A DNA stretch of 64,000 nt from Methanobacteriota archaeon (GCA_963719035.1 CAVRAO010000002.1:141507-205506); one strand, 5' to 3'; positions 19,105 through 29,237 are shown, counted from the first letter of the stretch. Notes: a model not told the origin generated them from the sequence alone. Translations and numbers: made by a program.

Positions 19105-19608
19105 ATGAGTATCCTTGTAAATGTAACAATAAGCATAATTGTTCTGGTAGTAGCATACATCATAGCTTCTCTTTACTATCCTATGCTGGCAGGAGGCGCA
19201 GCATATGGTCGTACTCCGAGGAAGATTGTAGCTGAGGCTCTTAAACTGGCAGACCTTAAAAAAGATGAAGTCTTCTACGACCTTGGATGTGGGACAGGAG
19301 AAGCCCTTATAGAAGCCTCAAAGTTATGCGATCATGTGAAGGGAGTTAAGATAGGGCCTATTCGATGGTTTATAGCCAAGCTTAGAGCAAGAAAAGCCAA
19401 AGTCATTCTAGGAAACCTTTTCAAGCAAGACATTTCTGACGCTGATGTTATATTCATATTCCAGTACCAAGGAAGGATAAACAACAGAATCGTGATGAAA
19501 ATAAAGGCTGAAACACGAAGCGAAACAAGGATCATAAGTTATTTGCACCCAATAGAAGATATGAAGTTCGTCAAAAGCCAAAACGAGATTTTCATTTACA
19601 AGACATGA
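19105..19608 (+). CDS. class I SAM-dependent methyltransferase with N-terminal TM anchor
   Basis: Motif I VFYDLGCGTGEALIEAS. N-terminal hydrophobic helix. AT-rich codon usage. Confidence 0.6.
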   Translation: MSILVNVTISIIVLVVAYIIASLYYPMLAGGAAYGRTPRKIVAEALKLADLKKDEVFYDLGCGTGEALIEASKLCDHVKGVKIGPIRWFIAKLRARKAKVILGNLFKQDISDADVIFIFQYQGRINNRIVMKIKAETRSETRIISYLHPIEDMKFVKSQNEIFIYKT

Positions 19609-19841
19609 AAGGATCTGTCAACTCTTTAACAAGGCGTCTGCTGCCACCGGAGGGCATCTGTTGTTTCTGCTACGGTAGGGGCGTTGGTCGTAGCCTGTAT
19701 TAGGCTCCGGTTGCTGTGTTGAATTAGTTCGTCAGAGCGTTCAGAAATAGGTCGGAGCTCAATAGGCCTCCACTGACGTGGAATTTTGCAAATAGTCTGA
19801 AAGAAAAAACATAATGTAAACTAAATTACGAGATTATTCTG

Positions 19842-20637
19842 ATGCACAAAAAAATGAAAGAAAATACATTAAATTGTGGTAAAATGCAAGAAACAGACCT
19901 CTATCTTACCATATTCCAACGGAAGTCCGTTAGAAAGTACGATTTAGACCCCTTCGATGAAGATACATTAAAGGAGCTCAGAGAGCATCTTCAAACTTTA
20001 AAACCGTTGCATAAGGACATTAAAATTGAATTTAAGATTTTATCTCCCGATGCTGTTATAAGAAGGACGATGAGAAAAGCACCGCACTATATAGCTGTTT
20101 TTGCAGAGGTAAAAGAGGGGTATCTAAGCAACATAGGGTTCATGCTACAGCAGATGGATCTATTATTTTCTGCTAACGGATTGGGTAGTTGCTGGCAGGG
20201 GATCCCTACTCTCAAAAAAGAAGGTTTGGCAAGTTCACGTCTGAAATTTATCATGTTAATGTACCTTTGGAAAGCCCCAGGAAACATTACACCGAACAAA
20301 AACTTCCCAATTCAAAAGAAAATCGCTCCAGGAAATAAGTGACATTAAAGGTGCAGATGATTTACTGGAAACAGCTCGTCTTGCTCCTTCTGCACGTAAT
20401 GCACAGGGGTGGTTTTTCACTGGTGATAAAGATTTAATTCATGCATATTACCGTAAACCAAGCTTCATTGCGGGACTTTTAACCAAAAAATATCCTCCCA
20501 TGGATGTGGGAATCAGTCTTTATCACTTGAAACTTGGTGCAGAACATTTTGGCAAGGAAACTGAGGTTATATTTGATAATCCGGATGGCAATACTCTCAA
20601 TGATTATGAGTATGTTGCCAGTTTGCGCTTAACATAA
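19842..20637 (+). pseudogene. nitroreductase-family gene with apparent +1 frameshift near 20300-20340
   Basis: Frame A (19842-20342) has RKSVRKY and GLGSCWQG motifs. The +1 frame continues ...SDIKGADDLLETARLAPSARNAQGWFF... to the TAA at 20635-20637 and has no start codon of its own. Confidence 0.5.
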
Positions 20638-20837
20638 TCAAATGCCCCATTTGTTCTCCGGTGGTTTCTACCAATCTTTCGGCTCCGGTCAATGTCTCGA
20701 ATTTGGACGAAAAAACGTCCTGATGTGAGTCAGTCAGAGTCCCCACCAGGAAAGTAATTCTCACTGTAGTTTTCCGGCCGATTTTGAAGCGAAAATCTCC
20801 GAATACGTTTTTCTAAGTTGAATACCGATAATCGTGC

Positions 20838-21548
20838 ATGGACCTGCCAGGGATCCTTTCCTGTAGAGTGGAGCGCCTGAAGTTCAAAGCGACCAACCTC
20901 GACCTCGGTCTGGCGCTCATCGCCACCTTCCTCCTGCCCATCGCCTGCTGGCTGCTGCTGGATTGGGGCGGAGCCCTCCTGCCTCTAATCCTGTACTATG
21001 GGGTGTTCTGCGTGGCCATCGTGCTCTGGCGCAAGAAGAGCCTCGACTATGTTAGACCGGTCAGTTGGTCCTTCAAGCTCTTCATTGGGCTGTTGGCTCT
21101 CCAGATCTTCATCCAGACGATCGCCTACCTGACCATCATACCCGTCAACGATCCCTTGGAGGGGGTCCTGCTCACACTGCTCATCTGGGTCCCCATCAAC
21201 GCGGCCATGGAACAGCTGCTTTGGGTCTACATATTCGATGCCTTCGAGACGCGCTGGACGGAAAGGCGAAAGCGCTTCATAGGAGGGGTGATCGGGATGT
21301 TGATGGCGGTAATATTCGTAGGCCTTATACACGTCCTGTTCTGGAGTAAGTTCCTGCCTTCCTTCGAATCCATCACGCCTTGGTCTCAGATCTTCCTCAT
21401 CGCCCAGTTCCTGATCACGCCCGGTTACCTGCTCCTTTACCGCAGGACCGGCTCGATGTGGCCGGTATTCGCCATCCACATCATCGCCGATGCGGTGCTA
21501 GTGTTGGGCGCGATGTATTCCATCTGGCCAGCCCTTTGGACCTTGTAA
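20838..21548 (+). CDS. CPBP/CAAX-protease-like polytopic membrane protein (putative)
   Basis: Six to seven TM helices. EQLLW, HVLFW and HIIAD motifs resemble the CPBP EExxxR / FxxxH / HxxxD pattern. Local GC is much higher than the surroundings. Confidence 0.4.
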   Translation: MDLPGILSCRVERLKFKATNLDLGLALIATFLLPIACWLLLDWGGALLPLILYYGVFCVAIVLWRKKSLDYVRPVSWSFKLFIGLLALQIFIQTIAYLTIIPVNDPLEGVLLTLLIWVPINAAMEQLLWVYIFDAFETRWTERRKRFIGGVIGMLMAVIFVGLIHVLFWSKFLPSFESITPWSQIFLIAQFLITPGYLLLYRRTGSMWPVFAIHIIADAVLVLGAMYSIWPALWTL

Positions 21549-22058
21549 GGCGATCAGAAGATGGGGCTCTGGCGGAGCATGTCCATGTCGGTGACGTAGC
21601 GAGCTGCCTCTCCACGATGAGGTCTTGCCTGCCCTTCAGCTGCAGCAGGACCGCCTGAGGAAGCTCTGGGATTCATTCTATAAGTTGCTTAAATCTCACT
21701 TCTGCCCAATACTGCATATAAACATCATAGACGTTTTCAGGCAACGGATGTTTATAATGCTTCCAATCGATTCCACTCACTCCGTGCGTCATAATATACG
21801 CTCGGTTTGAATGATCTCACTGAATACCGTCGCCATATTGTTCGTATCTTAGCGACTTTTAGCAGTTACAAAGCTTTATCGTAGTTCGTAGTGATTTACT
21901 ATGGCTGCTAAGCATGCCACAGCCGACACGGCATGCTGCGAGTTCATAAGCTATTCATTTTTGTGTAGGGCTTCCCTACGGGTGATCCCCGTAGCCTGTC
22001 GCGCTTGCGCTGAGGCGGGCATGCAATTCTCAAAAAGAGATAAGGAGGCGAAGCTAAG

Positions 22059-22412
22059 ATGGTGACATTTGTAGCGATTTCAAGGCATAACGCCGAAGTG
22101 TGTGCGTTCCACGAAGAGAAATCTGCAAAGACAATGATGGACTGGCTGAAGAAGGCTGGGGAGCTCGAAGCGAAACACGGAGTGAAAGTAGTTGCCGCTG
22201 CGAACGTGATTCAAGAGCATTTGTCAGTTCAGGTGCTCGAAGCTCCGACTTTTGAGGCGTTCCAAGCGTATTCAAAAGAACCGGAAATGATGGCCATGAT
22301 GAATTGGAACATGATTGAAATCAAATCGGCAATGACGAACGAAGAAGTTGCCCAAATGATGCAGCAGATGATGAGGCCTGATGACCTGCATTTTTCTTTT
22401 TTAAGTCAATAA
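22059..22412 (+). CDS. hypothetical protein (Met/Gln-rich C-terminus)
   Basis: Good Shine-Dalgarno AAGGAGG upstream of the ATG. 117 aa. No family recognised. Confidence 0.45.
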   Translation: MVTFVAISRHNAEVCAFHEEKSAKTMMDWLKKAGELEAKHGVKVVAAANVIQEHLSVQVLEAPTFEAFQAYSKEPEMMAMMNWNMIEIKSAMTNEEVAQMMQQMMRPDDLHFSFLSQ

Positions 22413-22561
22413 GAAACGGCGTTCACTACCACCGCCGCACCAACATCAAGAGAGCGAGCAAATAGATTGGAATCCATTGCTACCCCCCAAAATCTATGAT
22501 GAGCGGCAGTGGATAAACATCAAGTCAAGAAAGTACACGCCCTATTTCTGGCCCAAAAAAT

Positions 22562-23059
22562 TTAATCTGCGTTCTTCGCGCCTACTATCTTCACCTCTTT
22601 CCCCGGCCGGTCCATAGCGCCAGTCTTCACTTTGCCCATCTTCTCCACCACATCCATCCCCTCAACAACTTTGCCGAAGACCGGATGAGCTTTGTCCAGG
22701 TAGTTGTTGTTTACCAGGTTGATGAAGAACTGGCTGCCGCCCGTGTTCGGACCGGCGTTGGCCATGGCAATGGTCCCCCGATCGTTGCGGTTGTGATCAG
22801 TGAACTCATCCTTGATAGCGTAACCCGGTCCACCCCGGCCAGTGCCCGTGGGGTCCCCGCCCTGGATCATGAAGCCGTCGATGATGCGGTGGAAGACGGT
22901 GCCGTCGTAGAATCCCTTCTCCACCAGCTTTCGGAAGTTGCCCGCGGTAATGGGCATATCATCAAAAAGCTCCAGGGTGATGTCCCCCATGCTGGTGTTC
23001 AATAATATCTTGGTCCTGCCTGTATGCGAAGTACTTTCTGCCATGTCCTCATCCCTCAA
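22562..23059 (-). CDS. ppiB: peptidyl-prolyl cis-trans isomerase, cyclophilin type
   Basis: Cyclophilin signature FHRIIDGFMIQGGDPTGTGRGGPGY and full domain. Confidence 0.85.
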   Translation of the reverse strand: MRDEDMAESTSHTGRTKILLNTSMGDITLELFDDMPITAGNFRKLVEKGFYDGTVFHRIIDGFMIQGGDPTGTGRGGPGYAIKDEFTDHNRNDRGTIAMANAGPNTGGSQFFINLVNNNYLDKAHPVFGKVVEGMDVVEKMGKVKTGAMDRPGKEVKIVGAKNAD

Positions 23060-23439
23060 TGATGTATCTTGGATTCTCTATTTCTGGTTGATGCATCGTC
23101 ATTCGGATTGTCTATATAAAAAACTAAGGGACGACTGCAGGATAGAATACAAGCCTTTAAGCTATTGCATTATAGTAATGTCTAGCATTACAATATTGTA
23201 AAGGCTGGTAAAACTATGGTCACTGTTGAAGATAAAACAACTATTACTGTCTCTAAGGACACAAAAGAATGGTTAATAATGCTCAAGCTCGACATACAAG
23301 CAGCCAAGTATTTCAAATAGACATCAAGCATGCGCTCTGGCAGCGGATTCTGGCATTACTTCTCAGACTCTTAACGCCCTCAGTCGCAGCCTAAAGGAGG
23401 CTTCTGCTGTCACTAGGTCAACTTAGGTTGCCTAGGTAA

Positions 23440-23472
23440 AAGAATAAAAAAACCGGCTTTGTGACCGGTGTC
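23440..23472 (-). terminator. hairpin (ACCGG-8nt-CCGGT) followed by T7 on the minus strand, downstream of the rubrerythrin-like gene
   Basis: Read from sequence: plus strand has A7 (23442-23448) then accggctttgtgaccggt. Confidence 0.4.
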
Positions 23473-23485
23473 AAGGATTTTCTGT

Positions 23486-23941
23486 CTACCAGACTTCGGG
23501 GAAGGACATTTCCGTGTAAAGATCCTCGAGCCGGGCTTTATGGCCCCTCTCCATACTTGCCAGCTGGGAGAAGAGGAGCTCCTGTTCGGCATCGATGGAA
23601 AGCGTGGCAAGCTGCGTGTACATCTGCATTGCCTGCAGTTCTTTCTTTATCGCGATCACGAGACCTTCGAGCGGTTTTAAGTCATCAGTCAGTTTCGGAG
23701 TTGGCAGGTTGTCGCCGACCTTGTAGTCTTTCGTTGCCGTGAAGTTGAGGTTGGCGGTGTCCTTCGTGAGGACGTTCTCGAGGAACTCCCGGTGTTTCTT
23801 CTCTTCACCTGCAAGTTCTTCAAAAAGTTTCTTTAGCGCCGAGTCATGTGCCCTTTCGGAGACGCCCTTATAGTATGAATAGGCCTCTACTTCGCCGTCG
23901 ATTGCGTCGGAAATTATCTTCTTTGCTCCTTCTGCATCCAT
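23486..23941 (-). CDS. rubrerythrin/ferritin-like diiron-domain protein
   Basis: Two ExxH-type helices (EEKKHREFLE; MERGHKARLEDL) in a ~150-aa ferritin-like four-helix-bundle pattern. Confidence 0.6.
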   Translation of the reverse strand: MDAEGAKKIISDAIDGEVEAYSYYKGVSERAHDSALKKLFEELAGEEKKHREFLENVLTKDTANLNFTATKDYKVGDNLPTPKLTDDLKPLEGLVIAIKKELQAMQMYTQLATLSIDAEQELLFSQLASMERGHKARLEDLYTEMSFPEVW

Positions 23942-24163
23942 GGTTATAACATCCCTCTATTTTTTTTAACGCTTTTTAGTATTGCCGATTACCGTATTTA
24001 AGTCCATTGACTGGTCAGGAAATGAGTTGCCACGCCAGCGAGCATTAGAAGCAACTGCCGAAATATTTAGGCTGAGAGTAGGAGGAGTTAATAATAAAAA
24101 ATATAATATCTGAGCAAAATACGGCTCTAGTCAAAAACGATTAGCAATTAACCGCAGTTATGC

Positions 24164-24436
24164 TTAGATCATCATAAATTCCGAATAGGTATTGTCTCGG
24201 TCTTGGCACGCCGCTTTAACATCCTTAACGATTGCCATTCGCGGTCCTTCTCGCAACTTTTCGATGAAAGATGCGAGATCGGCTTCATCGCCTGATGCTA
24301 TAACCTTCACTGAGCCATCAGCTTGGTTTTGTACAAAGCCGGTAATGTGGAAATGGTCAGCATATCTTTTGGTAAATAGACGGTAACCCACTGCTTGCAC
24401 ATAGCCTAACACTAAAATTTCTACAGTTTTGTGCAT
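24164..24436 (-). CDS. acyP: acylphosphatase
   Basis: 90 aa with signature VxGxVQGVGYR-like (LVLGYVQAVGYRLFT) and a second motif GFVQNQADGSV. Confidence 0.8.
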   Translation of the reverse strand: MHKTVEILVLGYVQAVGYRLFTKRYADHFHITGFVQNQADGSVKVIASGDEADLASFIEKLREGPRMAIVKDVKAACQDRDNTYSEFMMI

Positions 24437-24505
24437 ATAAACAGATAAATAAGCAATTTAATTAATGCTTTGCTCAATAGTGACCTACACTAGTGAGGCT
24501 TCAAG

Positions 24506-25192
24506 ATGTCACGAGCCGTTGTTTTGTTGTCAGCAGGCTTAGATTCTGTTGTATCGTTCAAGATAGCCCATGACACGTTTGATGAAATCATGTGTTTGAC
24601 GTTTGATTACGTGCAGAAAGCGCTCCGTATAGAAATCGAATACGCTGCCAAAATTTGCGCGATGTACCGGGTCAACCATCAGATCATTAAACTACCGTGG
24701 TACGCGAGTTTTGTCGGTGCTCTTACTAATCAAACTACACCTCCACGCGTGAGCGCCTATGCGCTAAACGATCTTGCGGTGATGCGTGAAACAGCAAGGG
24801 CGGTTTGGGTACCTGCACGCAACGCAGTCTTCCTTTCTATAGCAGCTGCTTTTTGCGAGAATTATGGTTTTAACACTGTTGTCGTCGGATTTAACAAAGA
24901 AGAGGCAATGACCTTCCCCGATAACTCAACCGATTTTGTAGCTTCCTTCAACGAAGCATTAAAATATGCGACCCTAGATAAAGTCGAGGTGTTTGCGCCA
25001 CTCATAGAATACGACAAAACTGAGATCGCCGCACTAGGATTGCGCATCGGAGCGCCCCTTGAATGGTCGTGGTCTTGCTACGCTGCTGAGGGCGCCCCAT
25101 GTGGCATTTGCGAATCGTGTCTTCGCAGACGGCGAGCATTCCAGGCGATTTGCAAGGATGACCCTTTGTTAAAAAGGCTAAGAAGCCGGTGA
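24506..25192 (+). CDS. queC: 7-cyano-7-deazaguanine synthase
   Basis: PP-loop SAGLDS and the C-terminal zinc cluster CGICESCLRR. Confidence 0.85.
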   Translation: MSRAVVLLSAGLDSVVSFKIAHDTFDEIMCLTFDYVQKALRIEIEYAAKICAMYRVNHQIIKLPWYASFVGALTNQTTPPRVSAYALNDLAVMRETARAVWVPARNAVFLSIAAAFCENYGFNTVVVGFNKEEAMTFPDNSTDFVASFNEALKYATLDKVEVFAPLIEYDKTEIAALGLRIGAPLEWSWSCYAAEGAPCGICESCLRRRRAFQAICKDDPLLKRLRSR

Positions 25193-25205
25193 TCAGAACC
25201 GAAAA

Positions 25206-25946
25206 ATGGCTGCTAAAGCAAACGTTAACGAAGTATTTAACTCTATACAAGGGGAAGGGCCCTACGCAGGAACCCGCCAAGTTTTTGTTAGATTTCAGGG
25301 ATGCCCACTAAGTTGCGTCTACTGCGATTCAACGAGTGCGAAGCCCTTTCAAAGCCCCAATGAAGTTATATGTAATTCTACGCGTGCGTTTCGTAACCCA
25401 GTTTCAACAAAGGATCTCGCTGGACTCGTCGAAAGCCTGTGGACTCCTTCAACGCAACATTTAAGCCTGACAGGCGGTGAACCGTTGTTGTATGCCAAGT
25501 TCATCGTAGAACTTGCACAAGCAATCTGCGTACCGCTGTACCTTGAGACTAATGCGATGTTTTCACGCGACGCCCAACAGCTCAAGAACGTGGTGCATAT
25601 TGTTGCGTGTGACATCAAGCTGCCAGAGCATAGGGCCACTGCCACGTACGATTTGTTGCTAAATGAGGAGCTGCGCACCGTTAAATGTTTTAGCGACTCT
25701 CCAGCTTACGTTTTTGCTAAAGTGGTGGTGCTTAAGGAGACGTCGAGCGAAATGATTGAGCTCGTGGCTCAACGCCTCGCGACAATTGACAACAATCTAC
25801 TGCTTGTGCTCCAGCCCGTCACGCCTATTTCCCAAACTGCCCAACCAGATAACAGTCAGCTCTTGCGGCTCATGGATAGTGCTGCTGCGCATTTAAGTCA
25901 GGTAAGGGTCATACCGCAGATGCATGTGCAGTTAGGGATTGCGTGA
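25206..25946 (+). CDS. queE: 7-carboxy-7-deazaguanine synthase (radical SAM)
   Basis: Radical-SAM cluster motif CPLSCVYCD near the N-terminus. Adjacent to queC. Confidence 0.8.
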   Translation: MAAKANVNEVFNSIQGEGPYAGTRQVFVRFQGCPLSCVYCDSTSAKPFQSPNEVICNSTRAFRNPVSTKDLAGLVESLWTPSTQHLSLTGGEPLLYAKFIVELAQAICVPLYLETNAMFSRDAQQLKNVVHIVACDIKLPEHRATATYDLLLNEELRTVKCFSDSPAYVFAKVVVLKETSSEMIELVAQRLATIDNNLLLVLQPVTPISQTAQPDNSQLLRLMDSAAAHLSQVRVIPQMHVQLGIA

Positions 25947-26955
25947 ATGCATGAGTGGTTACAGCAGAGATTATTGGGATTATCCGCGCGAAATAAACGG
26001 CGCTAATGGGGAGTCGCCCACACTTGAGTTTGCTACTGCGGTACGCGCTCTAGATCGACTTAGCGAAAAAGTGAGACGTTTTTATCAATCGGGGGACTTT
26101 GAAGAAGTCGTTCTAAACGCGCACCAGATCAAAGAATTGTACCAGCTGTGCCTACGAGATGAATACAGAAGGCAAGGACGCAATACGTTCCGCCCAGAAT
26201 TACGTGCGCATATTGAAAGGAATTTAGATTCGTTGGACTACTGGTGGGAAGCAGGTGTTGTCGCTTTTCAGAAGATAAAGATTGGCCCCGAAATTGCTAA
26301 GACGGCCTTGACGCTCTCAGAGGAGATGCGTGATTATCTGATGAGTTACGGCGGATACCGCGGCGACGATATGCTACGTGCATCACAGGCCACTAGCAAT
26401 CGCGCATCATATGAAGCCCAATTAAGAAAAAAAACAGTCGTTCCGCTTTCTTCCTATCCAGTCAGCAAAGGTGGATTGAAAATCGAGGATGAGGGGCTTT
26501 TATATCTAGGTAGACCGAGTATCGTAGGTTGTACGCTGGCGTACAAGTGGATTTTGCTGCTCGTGGTAGCCCTTCTCTTTGGGTCTTTTTTTGTGAACAG
26601 CATTCCTGAAATCAGTTTGATCGCGGCGCTTTTTAGGGGGCTATCAGTCTTGCTTTTTCTCTTTGTTGTTGGAAGAACCGGCATAGCTGTTTATTCAGAA
26701 CGATATGCAATTACAGATCAAGACGTATACATTGAAAAAGGCCTGTTTTTCAAGAGCACTGCGACAATACCACTAATTCGAATCGCGGCTCAAATGATAC
26801 AACAGAGCTTTTTAGGTAAGCTTTTAAAGACGGGAAATCTTATCATTAAGACACACAGTGGACACGTAATGGCATTCAAAGGGATCTATGATCCTGGAGA
26901 GGTATTTGAACTAGTGGCCGAGCTGCGCAAAAGCAACGCGGTTCATCAAGACTGA
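25939..26955 (+). CDS. membrane protein with C-terminal bacterial-PH (YdbS/YdbT-like) domain
   Basis: Soluble N-terminal domain, two TM helices (WILLLVVALLFGSFFV; LSVLLFLFVVG), then a PH-like motif YAITDQDVYIEKGLFFKSTATIPLIRI. Confidence 0.5.
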   Translation: MRECMSGYSRDYWDYPREINGANGESPTLEFATAVRALDRLSEKVRRFYQSGDFEEVVLNAHQIKELYQLCLRDEYRRQGRNTFRPELRAHIERNLDSLDYWWEAGVVAFQKIKIGPEIAKTALTLSEEMRDYLMSYGGYRGDDMLRASQATSNRASYEAQLRKKTVVPLSSYPVSKGGLKIEDEGLLYLGRPSIVGCTLAYKWILLLVVALLFGSFFVNSIPEISLIAALFRGLSVLLFLFVVGRTGIAVYSERYAITDQDVYIEKGLFFKSTATIPLIRIAAQMIQQSFLGKLLKTGNLIIKTHSGHVMAFKGIYDPGEVFELVAELRKSNAVHQD

Positions 26956-27899
26956 TCGAACCGCGAAGCTGCCTCAATGAGCTCACGTACCTTTTTGACA
27001 CGATATGCGAATAATCGAAATCCTATTCGCTCAGCGATCGTAAAACGGAGATTGCCTCCAGCAGCGTGTGGGTGTCCTCCTCCGCCAAACAACATAGCAA
27101 TTTGATTACTTACCGGAGCAACCGTTCTTACGGAAAAAATGCCATTAGCTCGCAATACTAACTCTGTTCTTGAATTATATCTCTGCCTCAACTTCGCAGC
27201 GACATCACTCGTGTAACCATCACTTATCGTGACCGCAGTATGATTAAAAAGAGCAGAAGTGCGCAACGCGTTGTTTATGGACGTATTTTTCTGAGCTGTT
27301 TGCACAGCATACAAGTGCTCGATCTCGGGATCTGTGAAAATTCCTTGCGCCAGCTTCGAAGCAACCTTCTCTCTCACCGCATAATCACTTACCACGGTCG
27401 ACAGCACTTCTGAGCGGTGGTCTTTGTTAATCCAGAGGTCCCTATCCCTCCCTATTGCTGCAATTTCTTGGGCGATCGGATCGCTTTTTAGCAGATCCTG
27501 ATACACTATCTCGCACCCGCATAAATCGCGATTGACACTCAAATAATCGATAGTGTTCGTAACATCCTCTAAAGTCTGAGTGTCCCATATGTGATGATCC
27601 CGCCACTCAACATCCCATCCATTGCGCTTTAGCGTTGCAACGGACTCGACAGCGTTCTGTCTACCGCCAAGATCAGACATGCATAGCGTGAGGCTCCTAG
27701 TTCTTGGGACTTGAGTAAAGAGGTCTAAATATGTGCCGTAATCTTGCACAGAAGAAAAAACTGTCAGCACATTTCCATATTTTCTTCTAAAAATAGCATC
27801 ACAACAAACAGCATCTAAATCAGTATGCGTCAAGTGAATTATATTTCCATTAAATCTGTTCAACCTGCCAAGAACCCCTTTGCCGGCGTTTCTGCGCAT
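26946..27899 (-). CDS. DHH/DHHA1 phosphoesterase (NrnA/RecJ-like nanoRNase family)
   Basis: DHH motif (EWRDHHIWD), DxD-type motif (HTDLDAVCCD) and DHHA1 motif GGGGHPHAAGG. Confidence 0.7.
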   Translation of the reverse strand: MRRNAGKGVLGRLNRFNGNIIHLTHTDLDAVCCDAIFRRKYGNVLTVFSSVQDYGTYLDLFTQVPRTRSLTLCMSDLGGRQNAVESVATLKRNGWDVEWRDHHIWDTQTLEDVTNTIDYLSVNRDLCGCEIVYQDLLKSDPIAQEIAAIGRDRDLWINKDHRSEVLSTVVSDYAVREKVASKLAQGIFTDPEIEHLYAVQTAQKNTSINNALRTSALFNHTAVTISDGYTSDVAAKLRQRYNSRTELVLRANGIFSVRTVAPVSNQIAMLFGGGGHPHAAGGNLRFTIAERIGFRLFAYRVKKVRELIEAASRFDQS

Positions 27900-27980
27900 C
27901 TTGCTTAAGCTCCAATCTTTCCCCGAGCATCCGTAGATGGGTCGAACGACGTCAAACTCATTTTAGCGCTTCTCATCTTG

Positions 27981-29237
27981 TTATCTGCTTGGGAATACAG
28001 CGTACCCTTGATTACGCCTCCTGATGAGCGGTTCTGCGAGATGCCGTCTCGCTGATGGCGTGACTTCATATGCCCCGAGCATAACACCCCTTCTTTCGGA
28101 CGTTTGGCTTGTGTGTCGCGCTCTCTTAACAGTTTTGCACTTGTCGCATCTAAATCCCTGTTCACGCCCGAGCGACTTCATGCTCTTATTACAACAAATA
28201 GGATTTGCTTTTTTGTATTGATCGCTCAGGTTTACAATTTGTAGCTTCTCCAAGTGAAGGCAGTTATTCACGTAGCTTCCTTGCACGATCACGGCATCAT
28301 CAAAGCGTAATTTGCGAACTGTTGCCCTGAATTGTTTAGTCGGCTCGAACGCAGCGCACAACAATGTACCACTATTATCTTTTACTTCGAAGAACGTATG
28401 GCCGCCAGTTATTGTATGTGGTTCGCTTATGACTGTTGCAGTCACGATGTACGAGCAGCCTTGTTGCAAGTCTCGAATTTGAGCGTTTCGAACGTGCGCA
28501 TCTGTTCCTTGATTAGTCTTGTAAAGCGTTAGATGCTCAAATGGTTCTGAAATAATTTTGCTATGCGCTTTTAGCATTTGAAAAGGATCCTCTCCCCTAA
28601 TCCCATATAATATCGGATCGGAAGAGTGAGGAGCGAAGATTATCTCTTTATTTTTTCGATCAACAGTATCCCACGTGTACGGGTAAGTGGACAAATCCGC
28701 GCGCCTTACCGAGCCTGCGTTTATGTATCGTTTTTTTGCAAAGTTGGCCTCAAAACGATACGCGATAAGCTCAAAAGTCGATTCCTCACCAAGTGTTGCA
28801 CCTATTGCCGCAAGTGCCCCGATCAAACCTCGTCCGTTCTTAAATGATAAAAAATCTAACCCATGTTTCTCGATAAGTTCGGTTGCCTCACTTATACATA
28901 GTTCGGCGTGCATGGCATCGTTCGCGAAGGACTGTATATCTGATGGAACTGTTTCATTGTCAAAAAATACAGCTCCTGGATGCGTGCCCTCGTCCTCGAG
29001 ATGCGCCATTCGTTCAATGTGCTTGCGCACGATATCCAAGACGTCATACGACTGTTCAATTGAGATACATATAGAAGCATTTCCCCTCGTCTTGAATCGT
29101 ATTGTCGGATTAAGTCGTATCAAGCGAAGCTCTATGTTTTCGTCCAATTCTTGCTGAAGTGCTTTTTTTAAGATAGTCCCCAAATAAGTCGTACACATTC
29201 CGCGCGGTGAATCGGTATCATCAATGCCAATAAGCAT
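27981..29237 (-). CDS. tiaS: tRNA(Ile2) 2-agmatinylcytidine synthetase
   Basis: N-terminal IGIDDTDSPRGMCTTY, diagnostic of TiaS. C-terminal OB and Zn-ribbon (CxxC...CDKC). Confidence 0.8.
   Translation of the reverse strand: MLIGIDDTDSPRGMCTTYLGTILKKALQQELDENIELRLIRLNPTIRFKTRGNASICISIEQSYDVLDIVRKHIERMAHLEDEGTHPGAVFFDNETVPSDIQSFANDAMHAELCISEATELIEKHGLDFLSFKNGRGLIGALAAIGATLGEESTFELIAYRFEANFAKKRYINAGSVRRADLSTYPYTWDTVDRKNKEIIFAPHSSDPILYGIRGEDPFQMLKAHSKIISEPFEHLTLYKTNQGTDAHVRNAQIRDLQQGCSYIVTATVISEPHTITGGHTFFEVKDNSGTLLCAAFEPTKQFRATVRKLRFDDAVIVQGSYVNNCLHLEKLQIVNLSDQYKKANPICCNKSMKSLGREQGFRCDKCKTVKRARHTSQTSERRGVMLGAYEVTPSARRHLAEPLIRRRNQGYAVFPSR

Noticed and set aside
20985-21479. 164-aa minus-strand ORF inside the GC-rich membrane-protein gene
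   Set aside because: A long antisense ORF is expected in high-GC coding DNA. The plus-strand product has coherent TM helices and motifs.
17237-21995. Recurrent 9-mer gtagcctgt / cctgtcg at several sites (19689, 21985 and the tRNA)
   Set aside because: A 9-mer recurring in 64 kb is expected by chance many times over. Only the 34-nt motif pair (27 of 34 matches) and the 15-mer att-core copy are statistically meaningful.
23216-23320. 34-aa ORF MVTVEDKTTITVSKDTKEWLIMLKLDIQAAKYFK
   Set aside because: It has a ribbon-helix-helix or antitoxin-like look (beta-strand then helix), but there is no convincing Shine-Dalgarno sequence, no partner toxin gene, and it is too short to support without comparative data.
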